Of a stretch of 64,000 nt of DNA, positions 39,478-50,826 are shown piece by piece (within the stretch, counting starts at the first letter, position 1; the number at the start of each line of letters is the position of its first letter). The position numbers and the translations under genes are program-made. Source of the DNA: Malacoraja senta (Eukaryota). A model generated the notes under the pieces. The model was not told the origin of the DNA and searched no databases. It saw nothing but the letters and a program-made list of their open reading frames with translations. The stretch covers positions 1-64,000 of the forward strand of contig JAXLNO010000298.1 in the NCBI GenBank assembly GCA_038087875.1, in the 5' to 3' direction.

Positions 39478-39860
39478 TTATTGATCGTACAGAGATGATC
39501 TTATTGAGGTGTACAATATCATGAAAGGAATAGATTGGATAGACGCACAAAGTCTCTTGCCCAGAGTAGGGGAATTGAGAACCAGAGGACATAGGTTTAT
39601 GGTGAGGAGGGGAGGTACCTGAAGGGTAACTTTTTCACACAAAGGGTGACGGGTGTATGGAACGAGTTGCCGGAGGAGGTAGTTGAGGCAGGTAATATCG
39701 CAATGTTTAAGAAACATTTAGACAGGTACATGGATAGGACAGGTTTAGAGGGATATGGGCCAAATGCAGGCAGGTTGGACTAGTGCAGATGGGACATGTT
39801 GGTCGGTGTGGGCAAGGTGGGCCGAAGGGCCTGTTTCCACGCTGTAGGACTCTATGACAA
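39478..39860 (+). mobile_element. CR1 LINE 3' end (HE1-tail subfamily)
   Basis: GATCTTATTGAGGTGTAC...AGAACCAGAGGACATAGGTTT...GGGCCGAAGGGCCTGTTTCCACGCTGTA; shares its 3' tail with the V-SINEs. Confidence 0.8.
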
Positions 39861-40304
39861 GATAAACAAATAACTCAAGTGTTATTCTAACGGACTATTT
39901 GTCTTGTTTTTCTCAGCATTTAAGGCATTATCCTTGACTCTGAGAGTCAGCTGTCTTGACTCTGAGTCAGTAATTTTTAGGAGTGGGAGAAGGGCTGCAC
40001 TGTTGCTGATGACAAATTAAATCAAAGGCACAGAACCTATGGCATTACTGGAAGAAGAGCAGGGTTCTCCTGATAATAAACTCACATTTTGCAGGCAAGA
40101 TTTTCCGATGATTGTATTACTAAGGTTGCGTTGCCCGCAATGCTTTTGTGGAGGATTAGAGTTTAGAAATAGGGAAATGTCATTAAAATTGTACAGGGCA
40201 ACCGTGAGGCCACACCTGGAATATAAACAATAGACAATAGACAATAGGTGCAGCAGTAGGCCATTCGGCCCTTCGAGCCAGCACCGCCATTCAATGTGAT
40301 CATG

Positions 40305-41420
40305 GTAATAGTAATAGTAATAGTAGTAAAAGTAAACTTTATTGTCAATTCAAATAATGCAACAAGTAGTTACACAGAGGATTGAAATTGCGTTTCCCCA
40401 TACTCCAATGTGCAAGTAATATTTATAACACACACAGACAATATACCAATAAAAATAGACAATGGACATATACATTATATAAAATATTCATTAATAAAAG
40501 GTGCAATATAGAAAAGTGCAAATAGCATACTGCAGACATTGAGTTAAAGTTAATTTGACAGTCAGTTGGTCTTTGTTTGTGTAATGTTCATGGAATTTTC
40601 TTGAGTGTGTTGAGTAGTCTGATGGCCTGAGGGAAAAAGCTGTTTTTGAATCTTGTGGTTTTGCTCCGCATGCTGCGGTAGCGCTTGCTGGATGGTAGGA
40701 GGGTGAACAGTTTGTGTGCTGGGTGGGTGGTGTCTTTGATGATATTGGTTGCTCTCTTGCGACAGCGAGATGGGTATAAGTCCTGGATTGCTGGTTGGGG
40801 TGATCTAGTGATCTTCTCCGCTGTCCTCACCACTCTCTGTAGGGCCTTCTGGTCAGCAGCAGCGCAACTGCCATACCAGACTGAGAGACTGCTGGTAAGA
40901 ATGCTCTCAATGGCACCCCTGTAAAAAGTTGTGAGGGCAGAAGGGGGGAGGTCGGCTCTCCTCATCCGTCGAAGGAAGTGGAGGCGTTGTTATGCTTTCT
41001 TGACTAGGGAGATGGTGTTGGTGGACCATGTCTGATCATCTGTGATGTGTACTCCCAGGAACTTGGTGCTTTTCACAGACTCCACTGCACTGCCATTTAT
41101 GGTGAGTGGGGTGTGTGCTGTCTGTTTCTTCCTGAAGTCCACAGTTATTTCTTTTGTTTTATTGACATTGAGTTGAAGGTTATTGATGTCACACCAGTTG
41201 ATGAGTTGTTGTACCTCCTCTCTGTAGGCTGAGTCGTCATCGTGGCTGACGAGGCCCACCACTGTTGTGTCACTTGCGAACTTGATGATGTGGTTCGAGT
41301 TGTGTTTGGCACAACAGTCATGTGTCATCAGCGTGAACAACAGAGGGCTCAGCACACATCCCTGTGGGACCCCGGTGTTCATGATGGTGGTCTCTGATGA
41401 GTTTTTGCCAACTCTTACTG
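40305..41420 (-). mobile_element. Rex1/Babar LINE 3' ~1.1 kb
   Basis: NTGVPQGCVLSPLLFTL, IIKFASDTTVVGL, KFLGVHITDD and ESILTSSLSVWYG...FKNSFFPQAIRLLN; one stop; 3' UTR with (TACTAT)n tail; inserted inside a CR1 3' UTR. Confidence 0.9.
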
Positions 41421-41582
41421 GCTGATCATCCCCAATCAGTACCCTGTTCCTGCCTTCTCCCCATATCCCCAGACTCCGCTATCTTAAAGAGCACTATCTA
41501 GCTCTCTCTTGAAAGTATCCAGAGAACCGGCCTCCACCGCCCTCTGATGCAGAACATTCCACAGACTCACAACTCTCTTCAT

Positions 41583-42875
41583 GGAAAGGAACTGCGGAAC
41601 CTGGTTTCTACCAAAGAAGACACAAAATGCTGGGTTACCTCAGCAGGTCAAGCAGTATCTCTGGCGAGCATTGGATAGGTGAAGTTTTGGGTCGGGACCC
41701 TTCTTCAGACTGATTGTGAGGTGAAGGGGTGGGGGGGAGGGGGTGGGTGGGTAGGGAAGATCTGGATGTTAGAAATAAACCCAGGACAAATCGAGGGGCT
41801 AGCAATAGATGACCTTAGGCAAGGAGGCTCCCTGGTAGGCTGATGGTTGGCTAGAGACGGTGTGAGCTCAAGAATGATACAGACTTTTTGTGGAGGAATA
41901 GGGGGAAGAGGGAGCGGAGGGCAAAGGGGAGTGTTTGTAAAAGTCAACTAAAATTAGAGAATTCAACATTCATACCGCTGGGATAAAAGCTATCCAAGCA
42001 AAATATGAAGAGTTGTTCCTCCAATTTGCATGTGGCCTCACTTTAGCAATGGAGGTGGCCCAGGATAGAAAGGCCAGTATGGGAATGGGAAGGGGATTTA
42101 AAGTGGATAAGTACTGGGAGGTCCAGTAGGCCTTGGCAGACCGAGCGTAAGTGTTCAGTGAAACAGTCACCGAGTCTACGCTTTGTCTCGCCAATGTACA
42201 GACGCCAAAATTGGGAACACCGGATGAGGTACATGTGAACTTCTGTCTCAACGGGAAGGACTGTCGCGGTCCCTGGAGGAGGTGTTAGAACAAGTGTTAC
42301 ATCTCCTGCGGTTGCAGGGGAAAGTAGCTGGGGCGGAGGTGGTTTGGGTGGGAAGGGATGAGTGAACAAAGGAAGCAGTCTCTGAAGAAGGCGCAAAAGC
42401 ATGGAGATGGAAAGATATGACAAGTGGTGCAATCATGGTGGAGGTGACGCGAATGTTGGAGGATGATAATAATAATAATAATGGATGGGATTTATATAGC
42501 GCCTTTCTAATACTCAAGGCGCTTTACATCGCATTATTCATTCACTCCTCAGTCACACTCGGTGGTGGTGAGCTACTTCTGTAGCCACAGCTGCCCTGGG
42601 GCAGACTGACGGAAGCGTGGCTGCTAATCTGCACCTACGGCCCCTCCGACCACCACCAATCACTCACACACATTCACACACATTCACACGCAGGCAAAGG
42701 TGGGTGAAGTGTCTTGCCCAAGGACACAACGACAGTATGCACTCCAAGCGGGATTCGAACCGGCTACCTTCCGGTTGCCAGCCGAACACTTAGCCCATTG
42801 CGCCATCTGTACAGACGTGGGTGACAGGTGAGGTCCAGGGGAACTCTGTCCTTGTTGCATCAGGGGCAGAGGAAT
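41583..42875 (-). mobile_element. Penelope-like element remnant with GIY-YIG endonuclease, interrupted by a CORE-SINE
   Basis: Minus-strand frames TFPCNRRRCNTC (Cys linker) and IRCSQFWRLYIGETKRRLGDCFTEHLRSV...HFKSPSHSH (GIY-YIG), followed by the terminal module repeated throughout the window. Confidence 0.85.
42466..42810 (-). mobile_element. tRNA-derived CORE-SINE with L2-type tail (AFC-like)
   Basis: Minus strand: A box TGGCGCAATGG, B box GGTTCGAATCC, CORE-like GTGTCCTTGGGCAAGACACTT, CCCCAGGGCAGCTGTGGCTACA, L2 tail TGTAAAGCGCCTTGAG...GAAAGGCGCTATATAAAT, (ATT)n. Confidence 0.85.
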
Positions 42876-43239
42876 ATTGTTCAAAATTTTGGGCCTCTTA
42901 TTTAAGAATGGATTAAAAAAAAAAGAAAGTGATGGAGTAACACAGCGGGTCAGGCAGCATCTTTGGATAAAATGTCATCCAGAGATGCTGCCTGGCCCAC
43001 TGAGCTACTTCAGTACTTTGTGGTTTCTCTTTTACACCAGAATTTGCAGTTCCTTGTGTGCCTATAAGAAAAGAAACACTGGCAGTGGATGCAGTGTAAA
43101 ATTGGTTCATTCGGGTATTTCCTGGTATGAGTGGGTTGTTCCATGTATAGACATGAGATCTATATTCTTTTGAATTTAGAATGAGGTTGATCGTATTGAA
43201 ACATTTGAGATTCTTGGCAGGATAGATGTCAAGATATTA

Positions 43240-43490
43240 GTTTAGATTTAGTTTAGAGATACAGCATGGAAACAGGCCCTTTGGCTCACCGAGTCCATGC
43301 CGACCAGCAATCATCCATCCACACTAGTTCTACGTTATCCAACTTCTCATCCACTCCCTACACACCAGGGACAATTTACAGAGGCCAATTAGCCAAGAAA
43401 CCCACACGTCTTTGGGATGTGGGAGAAAACCGGAGCACCCGGAAAAAGCCCCAGTGGCCATGGGGAGAATGTGCAAACTCTACACAGAGT
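43240..43490 (-). mobile_element. HE1-like V-SINE
   Basis: Reverse complement of tail and V domain. Confidence 0.8.
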
Positions 43491-44681
43491 CCACGAGTGG
43501 GAGAATCAGGGGGCAGTGTTACATGATTAGAGGGCAATCTTTTAAAAGTGAGGCAAGTACAAACGTCTTCTTGCAAACGCTGGTGAATCTCTGGAAGTAA
43601 AAGGAATCGAAAGGTTGTGGAGGCTAGATAGCGAGTGTATTTAAAGAGGAAGTAGATATATTTTGCAAGTTCAGGGAATTAAATGCAATGGAGAACTGAT
43701 GCAGAATAAGAGATGAGGCCTGTAGATGTTCAACTCGATCATTCAGAAGGGCAGGACAGGCTTGAGGGGCCGAGTGGCCCACTCCTGTTAGTGTTATGTT
43801 CGTATGGCACCTTCAATTGTAGAATCTCACTAATTCCATAGCAAACTCAACACAAATGAAGAGGGAAGCTGGGAACCTTTTGGACTGCATTTTGCGCTAT
43901 CACTCAAATTACATCAATTGCTGCAGTTAAATAGTTACATTTCCTAATATTTTGTACCTTTATGAAACATAGAACATCAAAAACTGCCAGAGTAATCCAA
44001 CATCTCCATTGATATACTTCACTCGATTCGTGTTGAACAACAAAAGCGCAGTGCCTTGCAGAATTTGATTTAACCAGGATATCACGCTATGGTATGGTGG
44101 TGCAGTGCTAGATCTACTGCCTTACAGTGCCAGGGACCTGGGTTCAATCCTAACTACGGGGTGCTTGTCTGCACGGAGTCTGTACGTTCTCCACGTGACT
44201 GCGTGGGTTATCTCCGAGAGTTCCGGTTTCCTCCAACATTCTAAAGACCTACAGGTTTGTAGGTTAATTGGCTTTAGTAAAATTGTAAATTGTCCCTCGA
44301 GTGAAGGATAGTTGTTGAATGATCAGACTCACACATAGATGTTAGAATTGATAGTCTTTATTGCAGTACAAGTGGAGGGAACACAACATGCTTTGATCCC
44401 TGTGGTCCGCATCAAATCTAAAGAGAGAGAGTGATGCACTGGCTTATAGGACCGGTGTGCCCAGGGTAGGGATGAAGATCTAGACTGGACTACATAAGGA
44501 ATGTGTAGCATGCACAATCTGTATGGTGATATATATATATAGTAAAGACATACTAATCTACATCCTTCCTCTTAAAGAATGAACTCCTAATATAGATATG
44601 ATTATCGCATGCAAAATACATAATTTTGCATACTGATTACATAAAGTAAATATAGTATGTGTAAGTAAGCTGGAGGGAAGT

Positions 44682-45894
44682 TCAAACGTAGGTCGGGTAC
44701 TTTATGGTGGGCTTGCAGATACGACATGCACGCGTCCGGTACAATCCTGCATTTTTTCCCGTCACCAGAGATGCGATCAGTGGTAGAATTGGTGCAGGAT
44801 GTTGAAACTGCATCCCCGGCGATGAAACAGGAGACCTTGGCAGGGGTGGAGGCGGCGTGGCCATAGGCGTCACGACCGGATCAGGAGCGCATGGTAGTGG
44901 TGGTATGGTCGGGCTGATGCCGCTGGATGGGGATGGAAGTATACCTGTGCGGTCAGGATAATACGGAAGTGGTGCTGGTTTGTTTACAGGCAGGATGTGC
45001 TGTCTATTACGTCTGTAGGTGCCGCCATCGGCATTGACCAAATATGAACGTGGTTCGGAAGCAGTTCCAGAAATTACACCGAGGTGGTCGTGACCCTTGT
45101 CGGTTTGTAGATGGACCTTGGCTAGTGGTGGAAGTGGTCTGATCGTCTTGTCATACCATCCTTTTTGAACGTTCTGCTTTTGCTGTAGCCTGGACTGGAT
45201 TGTGGATGGTGAGATCACAGGCGGTGCTAGTGTCTGTTTCGCCACAGGCAGTGTGGCTCGGGTTTGCCTTGACATCAGTCGCTGGGCGGGTGAACCCAAT
45301 ATTGGGTCATGGGAGATGTTGAGCAGGTCTAGGTATACGTCTGATCCTGCTCTGTGGGATCGTTCCATCACTTGTTTGGCACTCCTGACGGCACGTTCAG
45401 CCAGCCCGTTTCACTGTGGGTATTCGGGGCTGTTGGTGATATGACGAAAACCCCAGCGTGTTGCAACAATGTACCTCGGTGACTGCCAATCATCCCCCCC
45501 CCCCGGACACTCCTCCCACCAGGATTTATTAGATTTATTTATTGCTCATATTTATGTCGCTCTTCTAGGGAGATGCTAACTGCATTTCGTTGTCTCTGTA
45601 CTGTACACTGCACAATGACAATAAAGTTGAATCTGAATCTGAAGTCTTTGAAGTACTGGCTGGTAAATTGACTGCCATTGTCAGACAGTAGCTGATCCAT
45701 GAATAGTGAAATGGCGTGCCAGCTTTAGGACTGCCCCTGCAGAGGTGGAGCTGCTGAGCAGATCGATTTCAAACCATCTGGAATACGAGTCGACTAGAAC
45801 CAGGTATTGTTTGCCATGCCACTCAAAAATGTCAGTTGCCAACATGGACCATGGGAGGTCGGGAACTGGGGATGAAAGAAGTGGCTGCTTTTGT
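44682..45894 (-). pseudogene. Gypsy integrase core and C-terminal domain (frameshifted, one stop, interrupted)
   Basis: QQKQPLLSSPVPDLPWSMLATDIFEW..YLVLVDSYSRW, SDNGSQFTS and SPEYPQ*NGLAERAV (DDE triad), GSPAQRLMSR, PRSYLV...YRRNRQH. Confidence 0.9.
45467..45641 (+). mobile_element. Short LINE (Rex/Babar-type) 3' tail inserted in the integrase
   Basis: Interrupts FKDF|A; ends ACAATGACAATAAAGTTGAATCTGAATCTG. Confidence 0.65.
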
Positions 45895-45940
45895 TGGTCT
45901 CCAATTGGGGGCGTGGCTTCGTATCCCACTTCTGACACCA
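45895..45940 (+). other. tRNA-Leu(CAA) 3'-half copy including CCA (extended primer-binding site)
   Basis: TGGTCTCCAATTGGGGGCGTGGCTTCGTATCCCACTTCTGACACCA versus recalled vertebrate tRNA-Leu(CAA) TGGTCTCCAATGGAGGCGTGGGTTCGAATCCCACTTCTGACACCA; canonical 18-nt PBS is 45923-45940. Confidence 0.85.
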
Positions 45941-46960
45941 TGTTGAATGATCAGACTCACACATAGAGGTTAGAACTCATAGTCTTTATTGCAGTACATG
46001 CGGAGGGAACACAATATGCTTTCATCCCCGTGGTCCGCATCAAATCTAAAGAGAGTGATACATCGGCTTATAGGACCGACGTGCCCAGGGTGGGGATGAA
46101 GATCTGGACTGGACAGGAATGTGTAGCATGCACAATGTGTGTGGTGATATATACTGTATATATAGTAAAGACATACTAATCTACAATAGTGCTGGTGTTC
46201 GGGGATCGCTGAGCGGCATGAACTCGGTGGGCCGAAGGGCCTGTTTCTGTGCTGTATCTCTAAACCAAACTAGTGATCATTACAAGAGTCAAGAGTATTT
46301 TATTGTCATGTGTCCCAAAACGGAACAATGAAATTCTTACTTGCAGCAGCACAACAGATATGTAAACCGATTACTCTGTAAAAACCCATAATAAACAATA
46401 AAAAGTTCAGTATATATAAAAACATTTAGACAAATAAATATTTCTTGGTAACCACATCCAACACAGAATTTGACCAGGCATTTCCATGTTGGCAATTTAT
46501 GTTACTGTACTGACATTTCACAGGCATTAGACCTGTAATCACTGCTATAATCTGCAGAACGTAATGTACTCTGCTCAAACACTTGCCAAGTTTCACAGAT
46601 TTTGCTAAAACATAAGGAGTGGTTTTTCCGGTGTTTAAGGAACATATTCATTCAAAGGTTTCAAAGGCTTCAAAGGTCTTTTATTGTCACGTGTACCAAT
46701 TAAGGTACAGTGATATGCGAATTACCATACAGCCATACTAAAAAAACAAGACACACAACTACATAAAAGTTAACATAAACGTCCACCACAGCAGATTCCC
46801 CACATTCCTCACTATGATGGAAGGCAATAAAGTCTAATCTTCTTCCCTTCTTCAATGAGTGTGGAAACAAGGAACTGCAGGTACTGGTTTGCAAAATAAG
46901 ACACAGAGTGCTGGAGCAGCTCAGTGGATCAGGCAGCATCTTAGAAGAACATGGATAAGC

Positions 46961-46988
46961 AACGTTTCGGGTCAGGACCTTTCTTCAG
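46961..46988 (-). ncRNA. Minimal hammerhead-like core (Penelope repeat), sense to DLGAP1 pre-mRNA
   Basis: Minus strand CTGAAGA-AAGGTCCTGACCC-GAAA-CGTT. Confidence 0.4.
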
Positions 46989-47954
46989 ACAGATACAAAA
47001 CGTTGTTTATCCATGTTCTCTGTGATGCTGCCTGACCCGCTGAGCTACTCCAGCACTCTGTGTCTTCTTAACTCAAAAGGTATCTCAGACGTAACTCCAT
47101 TGATCGCACTCCATGACTAGAAATGATAGGTTGATGGCTGACTCCATATGGTGAGTTGAGGATCTCAGAGAATGAGGCAAAGCCATGCCCATCTGTGAAG
47201 AGCAGATTCTCTGAAATCCCAATACGAAACAAGTGAATCTATCGAGATTCCAGTAATCACCATCAAAATAGCACCTCAACAAACAGACAGGGAAGCTCAG
47301 AAGACACACAATCAATCATCTGTCACATGCTACTCTGCGGGACGATCTTTACTACTTACACAACAAACGTGAATGGCAGCTTAACATGGGCAGCTGGGAT
47401 TAAATTTGATGGGGTATTTTGGCCAGCATGGGCAAGTTGGGCCGAAAGACCCGTTTCCATGTTTGACACTATGATTCTATTCGTCGTATTTATGGCCCTC
47501 ATGATTGTATAGACCTCTGTAAGTTCACCCCTCAGTCTCCTATGCTCCAGTGAAAATAACCCATCCAGTCTCTCCTTATAACTCAAACACACGAGACCCA
47601 GTAACATCCTTGTAAATATCTTTGTTCATCCTTTCCTGCTCAAAGACACCTTTCCCATGCATCGTTTGAGTTGAATTTAGTTTATTGTCACGTGTACTGC
47701 AGTACAGTGAAAAGCTTTTGTTGCATGCTGACCAGTCAGCGGAAAGACTATGCTTGATACAATTGAGCCATCCACCGTGTACAGACGCTTTGCACTCTGT
47801 TCTTCACAGTCTAATTTTAAAAGGAGTGTCCAACAAATGACACAAAAGAACAGAACACTTTCTTTGACAGCCAAATGGCTCGACAAGTGGATCAACCCAA
47901 CTTCGGCACCAGACTATGGTTTTCTTGTACTAGGGTTTGCACCTCACTAGCAAA

Positions 47955-48310
47955 ACATAAAAAATAGGTGCAGGAGTAGACCATGCGGCCCTTCGAGCTA
48001 GCACCGCCATTCAATACAATCATGGCTGATCATCCAAAATCAGTACTCCGTTCTTGCTTTCTCCCCATATCCCTTAATTCCTAGCCCTTAGAGCTATATC
48101 GAACTCTCTCTTGAATACATCCTGCGAATTGGCCTCCACTGCCTTCTGAGGCAGAGAATTCCACAGATCCACAACTCTCTGGCTGAAAATGTTTTTCCTC
48201 ATCTCAGTCCTAAATGGCCTACCCCTTATTCTTAAACCGTGACCTCTTGTTCTGGACTCCCCCAACATCAGGAATATTTTTCCTGCTTCGACCCTGTCCA
48301 ATCCCTTAAG
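47955..48310 (-). mobile_element. CR1 LINE 3' end
   Basis: DRVEAGKIFLMLGESRTRGHGLRIRG...FSQRVVDLWNSLP plus 3' UTR. Confidence 0.85.
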
Positions 48311-49433
48311 AGCTGAACATGTCCATGGAGGAGAGGGCCTACAAGCATTAGATCAAACTAAAGAGATATGTGGTAATTGTGAGTGGTACGTAGTCCAGGA
48401 GCAACAAATGACAATGTTTTATTTAAATACTTGCTCTTTCTCATCACCTATCCTCCTTTAACATGTGGCTAATGAATAACGATAAATTCTCGACTTCAGT
48501 TCAATTTATTGTCACGTGTACCGAGACAGTGAAAAGCTTTTAGTTGCATGCCAAGCAGTCAGTAGAAAGGCAACACATAATAACAATCAATCCATGTGTA
48601 CAGAGACATGATAAGGGAATTACATTTAGTGCAAGGTAAAGGCAGCAAAGTTCAGTCAAGGATAATCCGTGGGACATCAAAGAGGTAGACAGTAGTTCAG
48701 CACTGATTATAAATTAACTGAGTCTACCATTAATTTTCTTTCTCTTCGGTTTCCATTCAAATAGCCTGGTCCAGTTTAATTAAATGATTTCACCCTGGGT
48801 AGCTTTGGGATAAGGCAAAGATCAGGCAACTGAACCACCCTACCGCAACGAGGCAACAGTCCTGAACTACTATCTACCTGATCGGGGACCCTTAGACTAT
48901 CTTTGATCGGACTTTACTGGCTTTACCTTGCACTAAACGTTATTTCCTTATCATGTATCTGTACACTGTGAATGGCTCGATTGTAATCATGCATTGTCTT
49001 TCCGTTGTCTGGTTAGCACGCAACAAAAGCTTGTACATCGGTACACGTGACAATAAACTAAACTGAACTCATGTGGCTAATGAATATTGATAAATTCTTG
49101 ACCTTACCACATTGTTAGTAATTTAACTGTTTACCGTTATTTTTCTTTCTCTTCGGTATCCATTGAAATAGCCTGGTCCAGTTTAATTGAATGATTTCAC
49201 CCTGGGTCCAAAATATTTCATGAGGAAATGTAATTTATAGATGACCCTTGAGCTGCATTGAATCTCATGGAATTATTGCATGGAATTATTGGGAAGGGGA
49301 TTGTCACTATGATTCCTGTCACAAATTCCACACAGTGAAACCACCAAGCAAAAATATATTGAGCTTGAACAGCACTGCAAATTAGATAACTGCTATCTTT
49401 TTCCCATCTCTCTGGAATATCTATCTGGAATAC

Positions 49434-49586
49434 CTTCTTTTCAGGAAGTTCCACCTGCTTCCAACAGTTTGCCTTGAGTTGATGTAGCTCATCAAATTTC
49501 ATGCTGACGTTCTCAATAGACAACTGTAGCATGTCCCAAAATCCTGCCAAGTCTTGGGAGGTCAGTCGAGGACACGCATTTGGATT
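49434..49586 (-). CDS. DLGAP1: DLGAP1 penultimate coding exon (GKAP-homology domain)
   Basis: Acceptor CTCACAG|AAT, donor AAG|GTATTC; NPNACPRLTSQDLAGFWDMLQLSIENVSMKFDELHQLKANCWKQVELPEKK; 153 bp, phase 0/0. Confidence 0.95.
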
Positions 49587-49721
49587 CTGTGAGCAACGGG
49601 AAAATAATTTGTTAGCTTTGTATTTGTTTTCTTGTCAGAACACATGCACAGTGACGTAAGCACTTTTACAATGAATAGATCTTTGGTTTTTCAGGTCTTC
49701 CGACTTTTGTTAAAATATATG

Positions 49722-50000
49722 GGGTGGCATGTTGGCGCAGTGGCAGAGTTGCTGCCTTACAGCGCCAGAGACCCGGGTTCGATCCTGATACGAGTGTGCC
49801 TATACGGAGTCTGTACGTTCTCCCCGTGACCTGGGTGGATTTTCACACTCCAAAGACATACAGGTTTGTAGGTTAATTGGCTTTGGTAAAATTGTCCCTA
49901 GTCTGTAGGATAATACTAGTGTATGGGGATCGCTGGTCGACACGGACTTGGAGGGCCGAAGGGCCTGTTTCCGCTGTATGTCTAAACTGAACTAAACTAA
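49722..50000 (+). mobile_element. HE1-like V-SINE in a short DLGAP1 intron
   Basis: Full-length, head to (CTAAA)n tail. Confidence 0.85.
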
Positions 50001-50139
50001 TACAGGGAATACACTTCAAAAGCAGAATGCTCAATTACGTGGTGGTGTTATTGTCCATGGATGTGACTTGGTGTTCTCGTGGCTTGGTGACTTGGTCAAA
50101 AGATGTGAAGCATTGCAAACTGAAGGAGCATTCACATAC

Positions 50140-50231
50140 CATGTTTTCTTCACACAGCCCACTGAACTGTTGGAACTTCTGGGACATCAAGAGCTGAGCG
50201 CTTCCGACGGCACTTCGGATTTTGCCCAAAA
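50140..50231 (-). CDS. DLGAP1: DLGAP1 antepenultimate coding exon
   Basis: Acceptor TTTACCACAG|TT, donor ATG|GTATGT; (x)LGKIRSAVGSAQLLMSQKFQQFSGLCEENM; 92 bp, phase 1/0, in frame with the next exon. Confidence 0.95.
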
Positions 50232-50798
50232 CTGTGGTAAAGGAATAGGGAGAGTAAGTGATGATCTGTGAACTTCAAACAAATTCCATTGCATCATGAG
50301 AATTTCACTTAATATGTAAGCCATTGAAGCCTGAGGTTCCTCTTTTGCAACCTATACAAACGTTCATTTAATTAAATGATTAAACGCGTTGGATTACTAA
50401 AAAGTATTGAAGTAACAATAAATAAATTGTTATATTTAATTTTTAGAATACAGGCCGTTCCCTGGTAATGAACAGTTTCTGTTTTTACAGACATTAGAGT
50501 TAAGTGTCATAGAACACAGAAACAGGCCCTTTGGCCCACAGAGTCAGTGCTGGCTATCAACCACCCATCTATAATAATCATACATTTTATTCTCTCCTCA
50601 GATTCCACCCCTCACCCACACAGTGGGGGGAATTTACAGCAGCCAATTAACCCACCAATGTGGGAGGAAACCGGGAGGCAAATCCATGCGGTGACAAGGA
50701 GAACATGCAAACTCCAAACAGTCAGAGGCCGAGGGTACACAAAAATGCTGGAGAAACTCAGCGGGTGCAGCAGCATCTATGGAGCGAAGGAAATAGGC

Positions 50799-50826
50799 AA
50801 CGTTTCGGGCCAAAACCCTTCTTCAG
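50799..50826 (-). ncRNA. Minimal hammerhead-like core (Penelope repeat), sense to DLGAP1 pre-mRNA
   Basis: Minus strand CTGAAGA-AGGGTTTTGGCCC-GAAA-CGTT; stem II GGGUU/GGCCC retained through G-U pairs. Confidence 0.4.

Larger units (their letters stand above)
44313..46185 (-). mobile_element. Internally deleted Ty3/Gypsy LTR retrotransposon (LTR-PBS-integrase-PPT-LTR)
   Basis: Two ~250-bp TG...CA LTRs (44313-44562 and 45941-46185; about 17 substitutions and 3 indels by eye); 5-bp TSD ATAGT at 44308-44312 and 46186-46190; PPT AAGAGGAAGGA next to 44562; PBS next to 45941. Confidence 0.95.
44090..46270 (+). mobile_element. HE1-like V-SINE split by the Gypsy insertion (44090-44312 plus 46191-46270)
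   Basis: Halves join at GGATAGT|GCTGGTGTTCGGGGATCGCTG. Confidence 0.85.

Noticed and set aside
42745..42810. tRNA gene on the minus strand
   Set aside because: A and B boxes are present but there is no proper acceptor stem or terminator, and it continues into a CORE domain and L2 tail, so it is a SINE head.
45895..45940. Genomic tRNA-Leu gene
   Set aside because: Only the 3' half is present and it includes the post-transcriptional CCA; it abuts an LTR, so it is primer-derived.
38312..50231. Assignment as DLGAP4 or DLGAP2 (and TGIF2)
   Set aside because: QDLAGFWDMLQLSIEN.SMKFDELHQLKAN, RKRLMAAKR and IEIYIPEAQTRL, together with the TGIF1-type C-terminus and convergent layout, fit DLGAP1/TGIF1 better.
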